In this document: piece by piece, positions 43,875 to 54,813 of the stretch
Layout of the letters: the number at the start of each line of letters is the position of its first letter
How positions within the stretch are numbered: the first letter of the stretch is position 1
NCBI GenBank assembly: GCA_963734545.1
Contig: CAVTHO010000005.1
Location: forward strand, 416,001 to 480,000
Origin: an uncultured Spirochaetota bacterium
GTDB taxonomy: Bacteria; Spirochaetota; Spirochaetia; SZUA-6; Fen-1364
Reading direction: 5' to 3'
DNA length: 64,000 bases
Translations under genes and position numbers: made by a program
The notes under the pieces: generated by a model
Database searches by the model: none
What the model was told of the DNA's origin: nothing
Seen by the model: the letters and a program-made list of their open reading frames with translations, nothing else

Positions 43875-43962
43875 GAACTTGTCCGGTCGGACGATGGAGT
43901 ACACCAGGTAGAAAAGGAGGAAAACTCCAAGGATGCCCGCGATAAGTCAATTCGATACTCAT
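43872..43962 (-). CDS. kdpF: KdpF small subunit (one indel near 43947; absent from the ORF track)
   Basis: Hand translation gives MSIEL / LIAGILGVFLLFYLVYSIVRPDKF*, with the characteristic YLxxxxxxPxKF end, upstream of kdpA. Confidence 0.85.
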
Positions 43963-44126
43963 GCGTAGAATCATAGGGAGGCTGTAACGCGCAGGGAATT
44001 TCGAGCGCGCTAAGGTTTGGCGAGACCTCATTAAGAATGCGCTAAATATTGCGGCGCAGGGTGGGTATCGGACCGCCCCATTGGTTCAATTGAAATCCAT
44101 GCCCGTAAACGTGTATACATAGCGTC

Positions 44127-44793
44127 ATGCCAACCGCCATCCGCGCGGTCATTTTCGATTTCGGAGGCGTGCTGGGCCTGCCGCAGGACCCTGCGCGGGT
44201 CGCGACCATGGCCTCGCTCTGCGCGCTTTCCATTGACAAGTTCAAATCCGTCTATGGCCGCGACAGGCGCGAGCTGGACAGGGGCACGCTGTCCGCTGAA
44301 GAGTACTGGAGCCGGATCCTGGACTCCGCGGGAATCGCGGCACATCCGGACCTGATTGCGCGCATCGAGCGCGAGGACTCCCTGGGCTGGACAGGGATCA
44401 ACCAGGCTGTGGTCCGACTGGGCCGCCGAGCTGCGCGCGGCGGGATATCAGACCGCAATTCTTTCGAACATGCCTGCCGCGAAGCTCTCCTTCATGCGCG
44501 CCAGCAGCTCTTTCGACTGGATCAACGACTTCCAGCCCGCCCTCTTTTCCTGCGAATACCGGTTGGTGAAGCCCGAGCCTGCGATCTACCGGCTGTGCCT
44601 GGAGAAGCTGGCCGTTGGTCCCGAGAGCTGCATGTTCCTGGACGACGTGCTGCTGAATGTAGAGGCTGCCCGAACCCTGGGCATCCACGCGCTTCACTTT
44701 CGCTCCGCAGCAGCGGAAGCAGCCGAGCTGGAGCTTCGATGGGGACTGCCCGTGAGCAGCCTCAGGAACGGTTCTCGAGGGGGACGCGGATGA
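44127..44793 (+). CDS. HAD-family phosphatase (frameshift near 44415)
   Basis: FDFGGVL, ILSN, KPEPAIY, FLDD..NVEAA. Confidence 0.88.
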
Positions 44794-46593
44794 GTGAGGG
44801 CGCCAGTCGGAATGGGAAGCCGCGGCTGAGCTTCGGCCTGCGTGTGAAGATCACTCTCACCTTTCTGATCGTCGGCGCTCTGGTGAGCGGGGTCCTGGCC
44901 GTGGCGATGTTCCGGATACTCAACACGGGGCTGCTGAACCAGGTCCAGACACGGGTCCTTGACCTGGCCGAGCTGGGCAGCCGGCTCGTCGATACGGATG
45001 CGCTTGCACGGCTGGTGGGCAAAATGGGTCCTGACCTCTCTCCCGAGCAGGTGGACACGGTGGAAGGCTCGGCGGATTTCCGCGTCATCTCAGACGAGCT
45101 GAACGGGGTGCGCGGCATAGAGCGCGGGCTCGTGCACTACATCTATCTCTTCGTCCCGACAGCGGACCCCCACACCGCGCTCTACGTCGTCGACGGCGAC
45201 GTCCTTCCCGACAGGGAGAGCCGGAAAGAGGGCACGCCTGCAGCAGAGGACATTTCCCACTTCAGCTCCCCCTTCGATCTCAGTACCTTCCCCGTGCCTC
45301 GTCGCGTCTTCGCGGAAAAGCGTTCCCTCGTGGAAGAGCAGTGGTCGTATGATCCGGAGTTCAAAGTGAACTCGATCTCCGGATACGCCCCGATTTTCGG
45401 CCGTCACGGCGAGATGCTTGCCGCGCTGGGCATTGATATGGTCGACAGAGACGTCCGTCTCATCCTCTCCAACGCGACCAGGGTTGCGCTGTACGTCATC
45501 ATCGGCGCCCTCGTCCTGACGATCGCGAGCTCGATCATCCTGGGAACCCTTTTCACGCGCGGAATCATCTCCCTGGACCTGGTCATGCGGAGATTCGACG
45601 GAAAGAACCTCGACATGAGCGCGCCGACGTGCGTTCCCGCGACGAGGTCGGGAGGCTGGGAGTCAGCTTCAATGCGATGGCGGACACCATCCAGCAGTAC
45701 AGCGTGCGCATGCAGAATCTCCTGGGTGCGTACGGCCGGTTCGTGCCCCACGAGCTCCTGCGCCTGATCGGCAAGGGCAGCATCCTCGACGTGAAGCTGG
45801 GAGACCAGAGCCAGAAGACACATGACTGTCCTGTTCTCCGACATAGTCGGCTTCACCAGCCTTTCCGAGACCATGTCGCCGCTTGAAAACTTCAACTTCC
45901 TCAATTCCTACCTCGGCAGGATGGGCCCTGAAATCCGCGCCCACCGGGGCTTCATTGACAAGTACATAGGGGACGCGATCATGGCGCTGTTCCCCGAGAC
46001 CCCGGACGACGCCCTGGCGGCCGCCGTCAGCATGCACGCGAGGCTGCGGGAGTACAACGTGCATCGGCACAAGAGCGGATACCAGGCCCATCGAGGTCGG
46101 CGTCGGTGTGCATGCAGGAAACCTGATGTTCGGCACCCTCGGGGAACAGGAGCGCATGGACGGATCGGTCATTTCGGACACGGTCAACCTCTGTTCCCGG
46201 CTGCAGGGCCTTACCCGGGTCTACAAGTCCGCAGTCCTGACGACCGGCAGGACGTTGAAGATCATGCAGGACCCCACGCGCTTTCGCTGCCGCTTCATCG
46301 ACAGGGTGAGAGTCCGGGGACGGAAAACGCCGATCCTGCTCTTCGAGGTCCTGGACGCCGAGCCGCAGCAGCAGCGGGAGCGGAAGCTGTCCTACATGTC
46401 CGATCTCGCACGGGCGCTCCGGCTCTACTATGGGAAGGATTTCACGGCAGCATTCGACATCATTCGCGAGCTTTTTGAACGCAACCCTGAAGACGAGGTC
46501 CTTCGAATCTATCGAAAGCGCTGCGAGCTCCTTGTGAATCTCGGGGTGCCTGATGACTGGCAGGGCGTGCAGGAAGTCGACGCGCACAACTAA
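44790..46593 (+). CDS. Membrane class III adenylate/guanylate cyclase with HAMP (about 3 frameshifts)
   Basis: Two TM helices, sensor loop, HAMP (RDEVGRLGVSFNAMA), LFSDIVGFT, DKYIGDAIM, ISDTVNLCSRL. Confidence 0.85.
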
Positions 46594-46675
46594 GCTCTGA
46601 TCTATATTGTTTCTGAATATATAAATAGCAGCATGGCCGAATCGTGATGGGCACGTGCGTTTTTCTCAACTTATA

Positions 46676-46704
46676 TTGACATTTTCATCACGAAATGGTA
46701 TTGG
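46676..46704 (+). promoter_or_regulatory. Sigma70-type promoter of the hydrogenase operon
   Basis: TTGACA at 46676-46681, 17-bp spacer, TG-n-TATTGG; lies in an AT-rich intergenic region. Confidence 0.55.
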
Positions 46705-46706
46705 TT

Positions 46707-46730
46707 ATATTGTGAATTAGTTCACAATAT
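46707..46730. promoter_or_regulatory. Rex operator
   Basis: ATAT-TGTGAA-TTAG-TTCACA-ATAT; exact match to TTGTGAAn4TTCACAA at 46710-46727. Confidence 0.85.
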
Positions 46731-46779
46731 CAACAAGACTTCATACATGATTTCAAGGGATTCTTTTCAGGGGGAATCT

Positions 46780-47265
46780 ATGGAAATGACACAGAGCGCG
46801 AGACCCATCGAAGAGGTAGTCGCCAAGTATCCCAGGGGCAGGGAGCATCTCATCTCCATTCTGCAAGAGGTCCAGGCAGAGTACGGATACCTGTCGAAGG
46901 AGAGCATCAACAGAATCTCGGACTACCTGGGTCTGCCTTCTTCGAAGATCTTCGGCGTGGCAACCTTCTACAACCAGTTCAGGCTCAGCGCGCCCGGGAG
47001 GATCCAGGTGGCAATCTGCCGTGGAACGGCGTGCCACGTGAAAGGCTCCCTCAACCTTCTGGACAACTGCCGCCAGCTCCTCGGAATCGAGGTGGGCCAG
47101 ACATCGAAGGACGGGCTCTTCTCCCTGGAGACCGTGGCCTGTCTCGGGTGCTGCTCGATCGCCCCCGCCATCATGGTCAACGGCAGGTTCTTCGGCCGCC
47201 TGGACAAGAAGACGCTGGAGGAGCTGATCGAGAAGTGGCGCGCCGCGGGGAGGGTCGAGGAATGA
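46780..47265 (+). CDS. hydC: Bifurcating [FeFe]-hydrogenase NuoE-like subunit
   Basis: GVATFYNQF, CRGTACHVKG, CLGCCSIAP. Confidence 0.9.
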   Translation: MEMTQSARPIEEVVAKYPRGREHLISILQEVQAEYGYLSKESINRISDYLGLPSSKIFGVATFYNQFRLSAPGRIQVAICRGTACHVKGSLNLLDNCRQLLGIEVGQTSKDGLFSLETVACLGCCSIAPAIMVNGRFFGRLDKKTLEELIEKWRAAGRVEE

Positions 47266-49086
47266 GCAAGGTATTCATCGGCATGGGGACCTGCGGCCTG
47301 GCGACGGGCGCGGGACAGGTGAAAACCGCGGTGGAAAAGTGGGCTGCGGCCCGCGCGGTCAACGTGGAGATAACCGCCACGGGGTGCATCGGGTACTGCA
47401 AGGCGGAGCCCATCATGGACGTGGTCACGGATTCCGGGCACCGGGTGTCCTACAGCAATGTCACCCCCGAAGTCGCAGGTTTCATCCTTGACGAGGTCCT
47501 TGTCAGAAAAAACTACAGTCTGGACGGGCTCCTGGGGCAGTTCCGCAATGGCAAGTCTCCGCTCCCCGGCATCCCCCTGCTCGACGAGCACCCCTATTTC
47601 AGGAAGCAGGTGAAGTACGTGCTGCGCAACTGCGGGGTGATCGACCCGGAGTCCATCGGGGATTATCGCGCGCACGGCGGCTTTCAGGGTTTCGACAAGG
47701 CACTCGGCATGACCCGGGAGCAGGTGATCCAGGAGATCACCCGGTCAGGGCTTCGCGGCCGCGGGGGAAGCGGGTTCCTGGCGGGCAAGAAGTGGGAGCT
47801 CGCCCTGGTCTCCAAGAACGAAAAAAAGTACGTGATCTGCAATGCCGACGAAGGGGACCCCGGCGCATTCATGGACCGCTCGATCCTGGAAGGGGACACC
47901 TACGCGGTGCTCGAAGGCATGATGATTGCCGGCTACGCCATCGGCGCCGACGAGGGCATCATCTACTGCCGTGCCGAGTACCCGCTCGCGATCGGACGGA
48001 TCAGGAAGGCCATCGAAGTCCTGAAGGCGGAAGGGCTGCTGGAAAAGCCGGTCGGCGCCATCCGGTTTCCAGTTCAAGCTCCGCATCAAGATGGGCGCCG
48101 GCGCATTCGTCTGCGGCGAGGAGACGGCGCTCATGGCATCCGTCGAAGGAAGGCGCGGCATGCCGCGGCCGCGGCCGCCGTTTCCCTCGGTGGAAGGTCT
48201 TTTCCAGAAGCCCACGATCGTGAACAACGTGGAGACCATGGCCAATGTCTCCCACATCATGCGGGAAGGCGCCGAGAGCTTCTCCTGCATGGGCACGCAG
48301 AACTCCAAGGGCACAAAGGTGTTCGCCCTCACGGGAAAAATCGTAAACGCGGGGCTCGTCGAAGTCCCCATGGGCATCACCCTGCGCGAGATCGTCTTCG
48401 ACATCGGCGGCGGCATCCCCGGGGGCAAGGCCTTCAAGGCGGTGCAGATCGGCGGACCCTCGGGCGGGTGCATCCCGGCCGAGCACCTGGACATCCAGAT
48501 CGACTACGAGTCACTCAAGTCGCTGGGCACGATCATGGGCTCGGGCGGACTGGTCGTGATGGACGAGGACACCTGCATGGTGGACATGGCGCGCTACTTC
48601 CTCTCGTTCATCACCTCCGAGTCGTGCGGGAAATGCATCCCCTGCCGCGAAGGCACGCAGAGGCTGTTCGAGATTCTCGATTCCATCGTGTCCCCCTATT
48701 CAAGCATGAAGAATGAAACGGAGAACCTTCTGCGGTTCAACCGTGTCCTCAACATGGAAGGCCTGGCCCAGGTGATCAGGGACACGTCCCTCTGCGGTCT
48801 GGGCCAGAGCGCGCCCAACCCGGTGCTCTCGACGCTGCGCTTCTTCCGCAAGGAATACGAGGCGCACATTTACGATCGAAAATGCCCCGCGCACCAGTGC
48901 AAGGGCCTCCTGACGTATTCGATCGACACCAACGCCTGCACGGGCTGCACCCTGTGCGCGAAGAAGTGTCCGACCGCCTCCATCGTGGGAGAGAGGAAGA
49001 AGGCCCACTACATCGTGGACGAGAAATGCATCCGCTGCGGGACCTGTCTTGATGTCTGCCGCTTCAGCGCGGTGACGGTGAACTGA
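47262..49086 (+). CDS. hydB: Bifurcating [FeFe]-hydrogenase NuoF-like FMN/NADH subunit (frameshift near 48060)
   Basis: N-terminal 2Fe-2S domain, [47 protein letters not shown]-terminal 2x[4Fe-4S]. Confidence 0.9.
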
Positions 49087-49102
49087 GAGAAGGAAGGAAC
49101 GA

Positions 49103-50827
49103 ATGGTCAATCTCACGATCAACAACAGGAAGCTGCAGTCCAGGCCCGGCACCACGATCCTCGAGGCCGCTCAGCACGCCGGGGAGAAGATCCCCACGCT
49201 CTGCCATATCAAGGGCCTGTTCCCCAGCGGCGCCTGCAGGATGTGCGTCGTGGAGGTCAAGGGCAAGCCCAATCTCACGCCCTCGTGCGCGTTTCCCGTG
49301 GAAGAGGGCATGGAAATCCAGACACGGAGCCCCCGGGTCATCAACGCGCGCCGGACCATCATCCAGCTCCTCCTGGCCAGCCATCCGTTCGACTGCCTCA
49401 CCTGTCCGAAGAACGGCTATTGCGAGCTTCAGTCACTGGCCTCGGAATACGGCATCGACAGGGTGCCCTTTCAGGGAAAGACGCGGCATCACTATACCGA
49501 CTTCTCCTCCCCCTCGATCATCAGGGAACCGGACAAGTGCATACTCTGCGGCCGCTGCGTCAGGATCTGCGAAGAGATACAGGGCGTTGCCGCCATCGAC
49601 TTCACGCGCCGGGGCTTCGACACGATGGTTCTTCCTCCGTTCGAGATGGACCTGAGCGAGACTACGTGCGTGAACTGCGGCCAGTGCACGCTTGCCTGCC
49701 CGACGGGCGCGCTGCACGAGGTGCGTGCCCTGGAGAAGGTCATGCAGACCCTGCAGGAAGGAAAGAAGTACCTGGTGGTGCAGGCGGCGCCCGCCATTCG
49801 CGTCTCTCTCGGCGACTTCTTCGGGCTCCCGCCGGGTGCGAACGTCACGGGCAAGGTGGCGGCCGCGCTGCGGAGAATCGGCTTCCGCCAGGTGTTCGAC
49901 ACCGATTTTGCCGCCGACCTTACCATCATGGAGGAAGGGACCGAGCTCGTGGAGAGGATCACGAAGGGGGAGAATCTGCCCCTCTTCACGTCCTGCTGTC
50001 CGGCGTGGATCAAATACGCGGAAATCTACTATCCCGAGCTCCTGAAAAACATCTCCACGTGCAAGTCCCCGCAGGAGATGATGGGCGCCACCATCAAGAG
50101 CTACCTGGCGAAGAAGCAGAACATCGACCCCAAGGATATCTTCGTGGTCTCGGTCATGCCCTGCACCGCCAAGAAGTTCGAGGCGCTGCGGCCCGAGCTC
50201 TCCTCCGAAACGGGCGTTGCGGACGTCGACGCGGTGATCACGACGCGGCAGCTCAACAGGATGATGCAGATTTTCGGCATCGACTTCGCCAGCCTCCCCG
50301 AGGAGGAGTTCGACAGGCCGTTCGGCGCGCCTACGGGATCCGGGGACATCTTTGCCGCCTCGGGCGGAGTCATGGAGTCGGCCCTGCGCACCGCCTATCA
50401 CCTTCTCACGGGAAAGGATCTGGCAAAAGTCGAGTTCGAGGACGTACGCGGCATGAGCGGCGTGAAGGAAGCCCGGCTCACGATCGGGGAGCGGACGCTC
50501 AAGATCGCGGTGGCCAACCGTCTCTCCAATGCCCGCCAGATAGCGGAGAGGGTAAAGGCGGGCGACTCGCCCTGGGACTTCATCGAGATCATGGCCTGCC
50601 CCGGGGGCTGCGCGGGGGGCGGCGGGCAGTTGTTCGGCTACGACCCCGAGAGGGTTGAACAGCGCATCAGGTCAATCTACGCTCTGGACAGGAGCCGGAC
50701 GGTCCGCATGTCCTACAAGAACCCTGCCATCATGGCCGTCTACAAGGAGTTTTTCGAGGGTCCGGGATCGCACAAAGCACACGAGTTGCTGCACACCGAA
50801 TATGCGCCACGGGTGGCGCATCGGTAG
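49103..50827 (+). CDS. hydA: [FeFe]-hydrogenase catalytic subunit, group A3-like
   Basis: 2Fe-2S, HxxxCxxC and 2x[4Fe-4S] F-clusters; canonical TSCCPAW, MPCTAKKFE, EIMACPGGCAGGGGQ. Confidence 0.95.
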   Translation: MVNLTINNRKLQSRPGTTILEAAQHAGEKIPTLCHIKGLFPSGACRMCVVEVKGKPNLTPSCAFPVEEGMEIQTRSPRVINARRTIIQLLLASHPFDCLTCPKNGYCELQSLASEYGIDRVPFQGKTRHHYTDFSSPSIIREPDKCILCGRCVRICEEIQGVAAIDFTRRGFDTMVLPPFEMDLSETTCVNCGQCTLACPTGALHEVRALEKVMQTLQEGKKYLVVQAAPAIRVSLGDFFGLPPGANVTGKVAAALRRIGFRQVFDTDFAADLTIMEEGTELVERITKGENLPLFTSCCPAWIKYAEIYYPELLKNISTCKSPQEMMGATIKSYLAKKQNIDPKDIFVVSVMPCTAKKFEALRPELSSETGVADVDAVITTRQLNRMMQIFGIDFASLPEEEFDRPFGAPTGSGDIFAASGGVMESALRTAYHLLTGKDLAKVEFEDVRGMSGVKEARLTIGERTLKIAVANRLSNARQIAERVKAGDSPWDFIEIMACPGGCAGGGGQLFGYDPERVEQRIRSIYALDRSRTVRMSYKNPAIMAVYKEFFEGPGSHKAHELLHTEYAPRVAHR

Positions 50828-50856
50828 CGCGCAGGAGAGTGCCCGAGGTCGCGGTA

Positions 50857-52884
50857 ATGGTATCCGTCTACACGGTCGGAGAGATCTGCAAGAAGTGCTA
50901 CTCCTGCGTGCGGTCCTGCCCGACCAAGGCCCTGCTCGTGCGCGGCGGGCAGGCCGACATCATCGAGGACTTCTGCATCTCCTGCGGCTATTGCGTCAAC
51001 GTCTGCTCGCAGGGCGCGAAGCGCGTCGTCTCCTCGCTTCCCGCCGTGCGGGAGATCCTGGCGGGGCCGGGAGCCAAGTACGCGCTCCTGGCGCCCTCGT
51101 TTCCCGCGGCCTTCCTCGACCTTCCCCCGGAGAGGCTCGTCGGCGCCCTGCAGGCGGCGGGCTTCGACGGCGTGTACGAGGTGGCCTTCGGCGCCGACCT
51201 CGTGGCGCAGGAGTACGCCCGTCGTTTTCACGAGCTTCAGGAGCGCAGCTCGGAGGATTTCCTGATCTCCACGCCGTGCCCCGCCGTGGTGCAGTACGTG
51301 GAAAAGGTGCTGCCGGAGCTTGCGCCGCACCTCGCCGGCATCGTCTCGCCCATGGAAGCCACGGCGCGGGTCGTGCGGCAGAAGCTGTGCGGGCGGGGGG
51401 AATCGCGGGAGGCCCGGCTGGTGTTCATAGGCCCGTGCGTGGCGAAGAAGGTCGAGGCCTGGCGTTCAGGTGAAGTGGATGCCGTCCTCACGTTTTCCGA
51501 GCTCGCGGAGCTCTTCGCAGATGCCGGCATCGATCCCCCGTCGGCGCGTCCCGCGGATTTCCGCCCTCCCCACGCCAACCTCGGCCGGATCTACCCGGTG
51601 ACCGGCGGGCTCCTGAAGGCAGCGGCCATCGACGCGGACATCCTGGAAAGCCCCGTCTACGTCGTGGAGGGAGCCGAGCGGGTCATGGAGATCCTTCAGG
51701 TCCTCTCCCAGAGGGTCAGGACCGGGCAGCGGGTGAACTACCGCCTGTTCGATCTCCTGTTCTGCGAAGGGTGCATCGGCGGCCCCGTGATGGTGAACGA
51801 TCTCACATTCTTCGAGCGCAAGAAGTACGTGGTGCGCTACATGGAAGACCGCCCGATCGTGCGGGACGTGGAGGAATGGGCGGAGCAGACATCGCGACTA
51901 CCTCGCGGTGGACCTCTCCGACGGCATTCCACCCGGTGATCCGCGAGGAGGTGGCCGCGCCCGAGGAGGAAATCCGCAGGATCCTCGCCCTGACGGGCAA
52001 GAACTCCCCTTCGGATGAGCTGAACTGCGGCGCCTGCGGATACGCCTCCTGTCGGGACAAGGCCCTGGCGGTTTTCCGCGGAAAGGCCGAGGTGGAGATG
52101 TGCCTTCCCTACCTGATCGCGCGGGTGGAGAAGGCGATGAATGACCTCACGGACAACCAGGCGCGGCTGATCCAGGCGGAGAAGCTCGCCTCCATGGGTC
52201 AGATGGCGGCGGGTATCGCCCACGAGATCAACAATCCGCTGGGCGTCGTGCTCATGTACTCCCACCTGCTGAAGGACGAGCTGGCGGATGCCTCCCGGCC
52301 GCAGGAGGACGTGGAGCGGATCATCGCGGAGGCGGAGCGCACGCGCGGCATCGTGCGCGGCATCCTGAACTTCGCCCGTGAGGAGAAGGTGGACCGCGCG
52401 CCCACCGACATCAACGCGCTGTTGAGGAACTCGGCGGAAGGGATCGTGGCAACTTCACCAGAGGGGAAATTCCGTGTAGAGTTCCCTCTTGACGCCTCCC
52501 TTGGCCCCCAGCATGGTGGACGGCGGCCAGCTCCGCCAGGTCTTCGACAATCTGCTGAAGAACGCGGTGGAGGCCATGCCGGACGGCGGGGCGATCCGCG
52601 TGGCCACGGAGGACGGGGAGGGAGAGTTCACCGTGACGGTTTCCGACACGGGCGCCGGGATCCCCGAGGAGAACCTGCCGAAGATGTTCACGCCCTTTTT
52701 CACGACGAAGAAGGTCGGCAAGGGGACGGGGCTCGGGCTCTCGGTCTGCTACGGCATCGTGAAAATGCACGGGGGAACCATCCAGGCGGCGAACGTGCCG
52801 GGCGGTGGTGCATGCTTCACCGTGCGCATCACGGCACTCGCATCCGCTGCCGCGCCGCTGTCGGGTCAGCGTCGGCAGGTCTAA
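50857..52884 (+). CDS. Putative sensory [FeFe]-hydrogenase fused to a histidine kinase (frameshifts near 51900 and 52500)
   Basis: 2x[4Fe-4S]; variant H-cluster motifs [23 protein letters not shown]; FeS domain [15 protein letters not shown]; [22 protein letters not shown]. Confidence 0.85.
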
Positions 52885-52895
52885 GGAGGAAGGCT

Positions 52896-53303
52896 TTGGC
52901 TCGCATACTTATCGTTGACGACGACACGGATCTCCTCGAGGGACAGAGGCTGTTCCTGGAGAAGAACGGATACACGATCGAGACCGCGCTCACCATCGAA
53001 GAGGGCCTGGAAAAGGCGCAGGAGGCCGCCGCCCGACATGATCATTGCCGACCTCATGATGGAGCATTACGATTCGGGGTTCGTGTTCTGCAAGAAGGTG
53101 CGGGAGCTGCCCGGGCTGCAGAAGGTGCCCATCATCATGCAGACCGCAGCGCCCCGCAAGGTCGGGCTTCACCTTCGAGACCGGCGCCGCCCCCGGGCGG
53201 GAATGGATGAAGGTGGACGAGGTCCTCACCAAGCCGGTGCCGCTGGAGCACCTCCTGGGCAAGATCGAGCAGTACCTGTCCGGCAAGGCGCGCGCATGCC
53301 TGA
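52896..53303 (+). CDS. Single-domain response regulator (frameshifted, 3' end uncertain)
   Basis: AAGGAGG SD, TTG start, ILIVDDD, IIADLMM, IIMQTA, LTKP across frames. Confidence 0.72.
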
Positions 53304-54811
53304 CCGGGAGCCCGCTGCCCCGCGCCGCCCCGCAGGCGCTCCGATCCCGGCGCCCGGCAGGCGGGGATCGCGAAGCCGATCCGCGTGATCGTCATCGACG
53401 ACGAGGAAGGCATGCGGGAAGGGATGCGGCGGGTGCTCGAGCGGCGGGGCTTTCTCGTGCGGACGGCGCAGGGACGGGGAGACCGCCCTGCGGCTGCTGG
53501 AGGAGGCCCCTCCGACGTCGCCCTGGTGGACCTGAAGATGCCCGGCATCGACGGCTTCAAGGTCACCGAGCACATCACGCGCCGCTTCGCGCGGGCGCAC
53601 CGTGGTGGTGATCGTCTCCGCCCTGGCCACCGTGGAGGCGGCCGTGGAGGTGACGCAGCACGGCGCGTTCGATTTCCTGGTCAAGCCGTTCACCCCCGAG
53701 GACCTCCTGCAGGTGGTCAACCGGGCCGTGCAGCAGTCGCGTCTTCTGCGGGAGCGCGAGAGGTACCTCTCCGAGCTGGCCGGCGAGCGCAACCTCTCCC
53801 ACCAGATGATCTCCTCGATGCACGAGGGGGTGGTCGTGCTCAACATCCGCCGCGAGCCGGTGCTGATGAACCCCCGCGCGGAGCACTTCCTGGGCAAACG
53901 CTTCCGGGACGGCATGACGCTGCCCGAGCTGTTTCCCGACCTCGATGCGGCCGCGGCCATCGAGGCAGTCATCGACTCGGCGCCCGCCCGGCCCGAGTGC
54001 AGGGTGGTGCAGCTCGCCACCGGGGACGGCAGGCTGCAGGTGAGCATCTCGCCGCTCCTGCGCGACGCGGAGGCCGGCGGCGCCATCGTCATCCTGTCCG
54101 ACATCACCGAGAGCTGGAAGGCGGAGCAGGACAAGAACCGCTTCGTCTCCATGGTGGCCCACGAGCTGAAGAGCCCCCTGTCCGCCATCATCAACTACAT
54201 CAACGTCATCCTCACCGGAATGTTCGACGACAACGCGCCGAAGGTCCACGAGATGCTGGAGCGCTGCAAGGTACGGGGGGAGGCCCTGCTGGACCTCGTG
54301 CGGGACCTGCTGTACATCAACAGCCGCGAGGTGGGCAAGGTGGAGCGCTCCCTGGAGAGCCTCGACCTGAAGGCGGTCATTGCCGCGCAGCTGGAGTTCT
54401 TCCACGTGCAGGCGGACAAGCGCAGGATCAGTCACGGCGTTCGAAGCGCCGCTGGCCGCGTACCCGGTCAAGGCGGACCGCGGTGACCTGGACAGGATCT
54501 TCATGAATCTCATCTCCAACGCGATCAAGTACAACCGGGACAAGGGACGCCTCACCGTCTGCATCAAGGACGCCGGCGCCGCGTGGGAGGTCGCTGTCAC
54601 CGACACGGGCATCGGGATGAGCGACGCGGAGAAAGCAAGTCTCTTCCAGGAGTTCTACCGGGTGAAAAGCCACAAGACATCTGGTATCGCGGGAACCGGT
54701 CTGGGCCTGGCCACGGTAAAGCGGGTCCTGGGCGAATACAATGGAAAAGTCCTCGTCCAGACAAAGCCGGACGCGGGTTCCACTTTCACCGTCGTCTTTC
54801 CCAAGGAGTGA
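53296..54811 (+). CDS. Hybrid receiver-(PAS)-histidine kinase (about 3 frameshifts)
   Basis: VIDDEE, VDLKMPG, LVKPF; SMHEGVVVL..MNPRAE; AHELKSPL; NLISNAIKY, DTGIG, GTGLGL. Confidence 0.8.
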
Positions 54812-54813
54812 AG

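Noticed and set aside
43944-43950. In-frame TGA in kdpF read as selenocysteine or readthrough
   Set aside because: A single-base indel joining the MSIEL start explains it, and no SECIS was seen
43963-44126. c-di-AMP (ydaO) riboswitch upstream of kdp
   Set aside because: No recognisable conserved core or terminator by eye; an Infernal scan would be needed to exclude it fully
44127-45767. HAD-sensor fusion ORF
   Set aside because: Created by an indel near 44415; the HAD C-terminal half and its stop are in another frame
46780-49086. Respiratory complex I nuoEF
   Set aside because: The adjacent subunit has a full H-cluster and no other nuo genes are present
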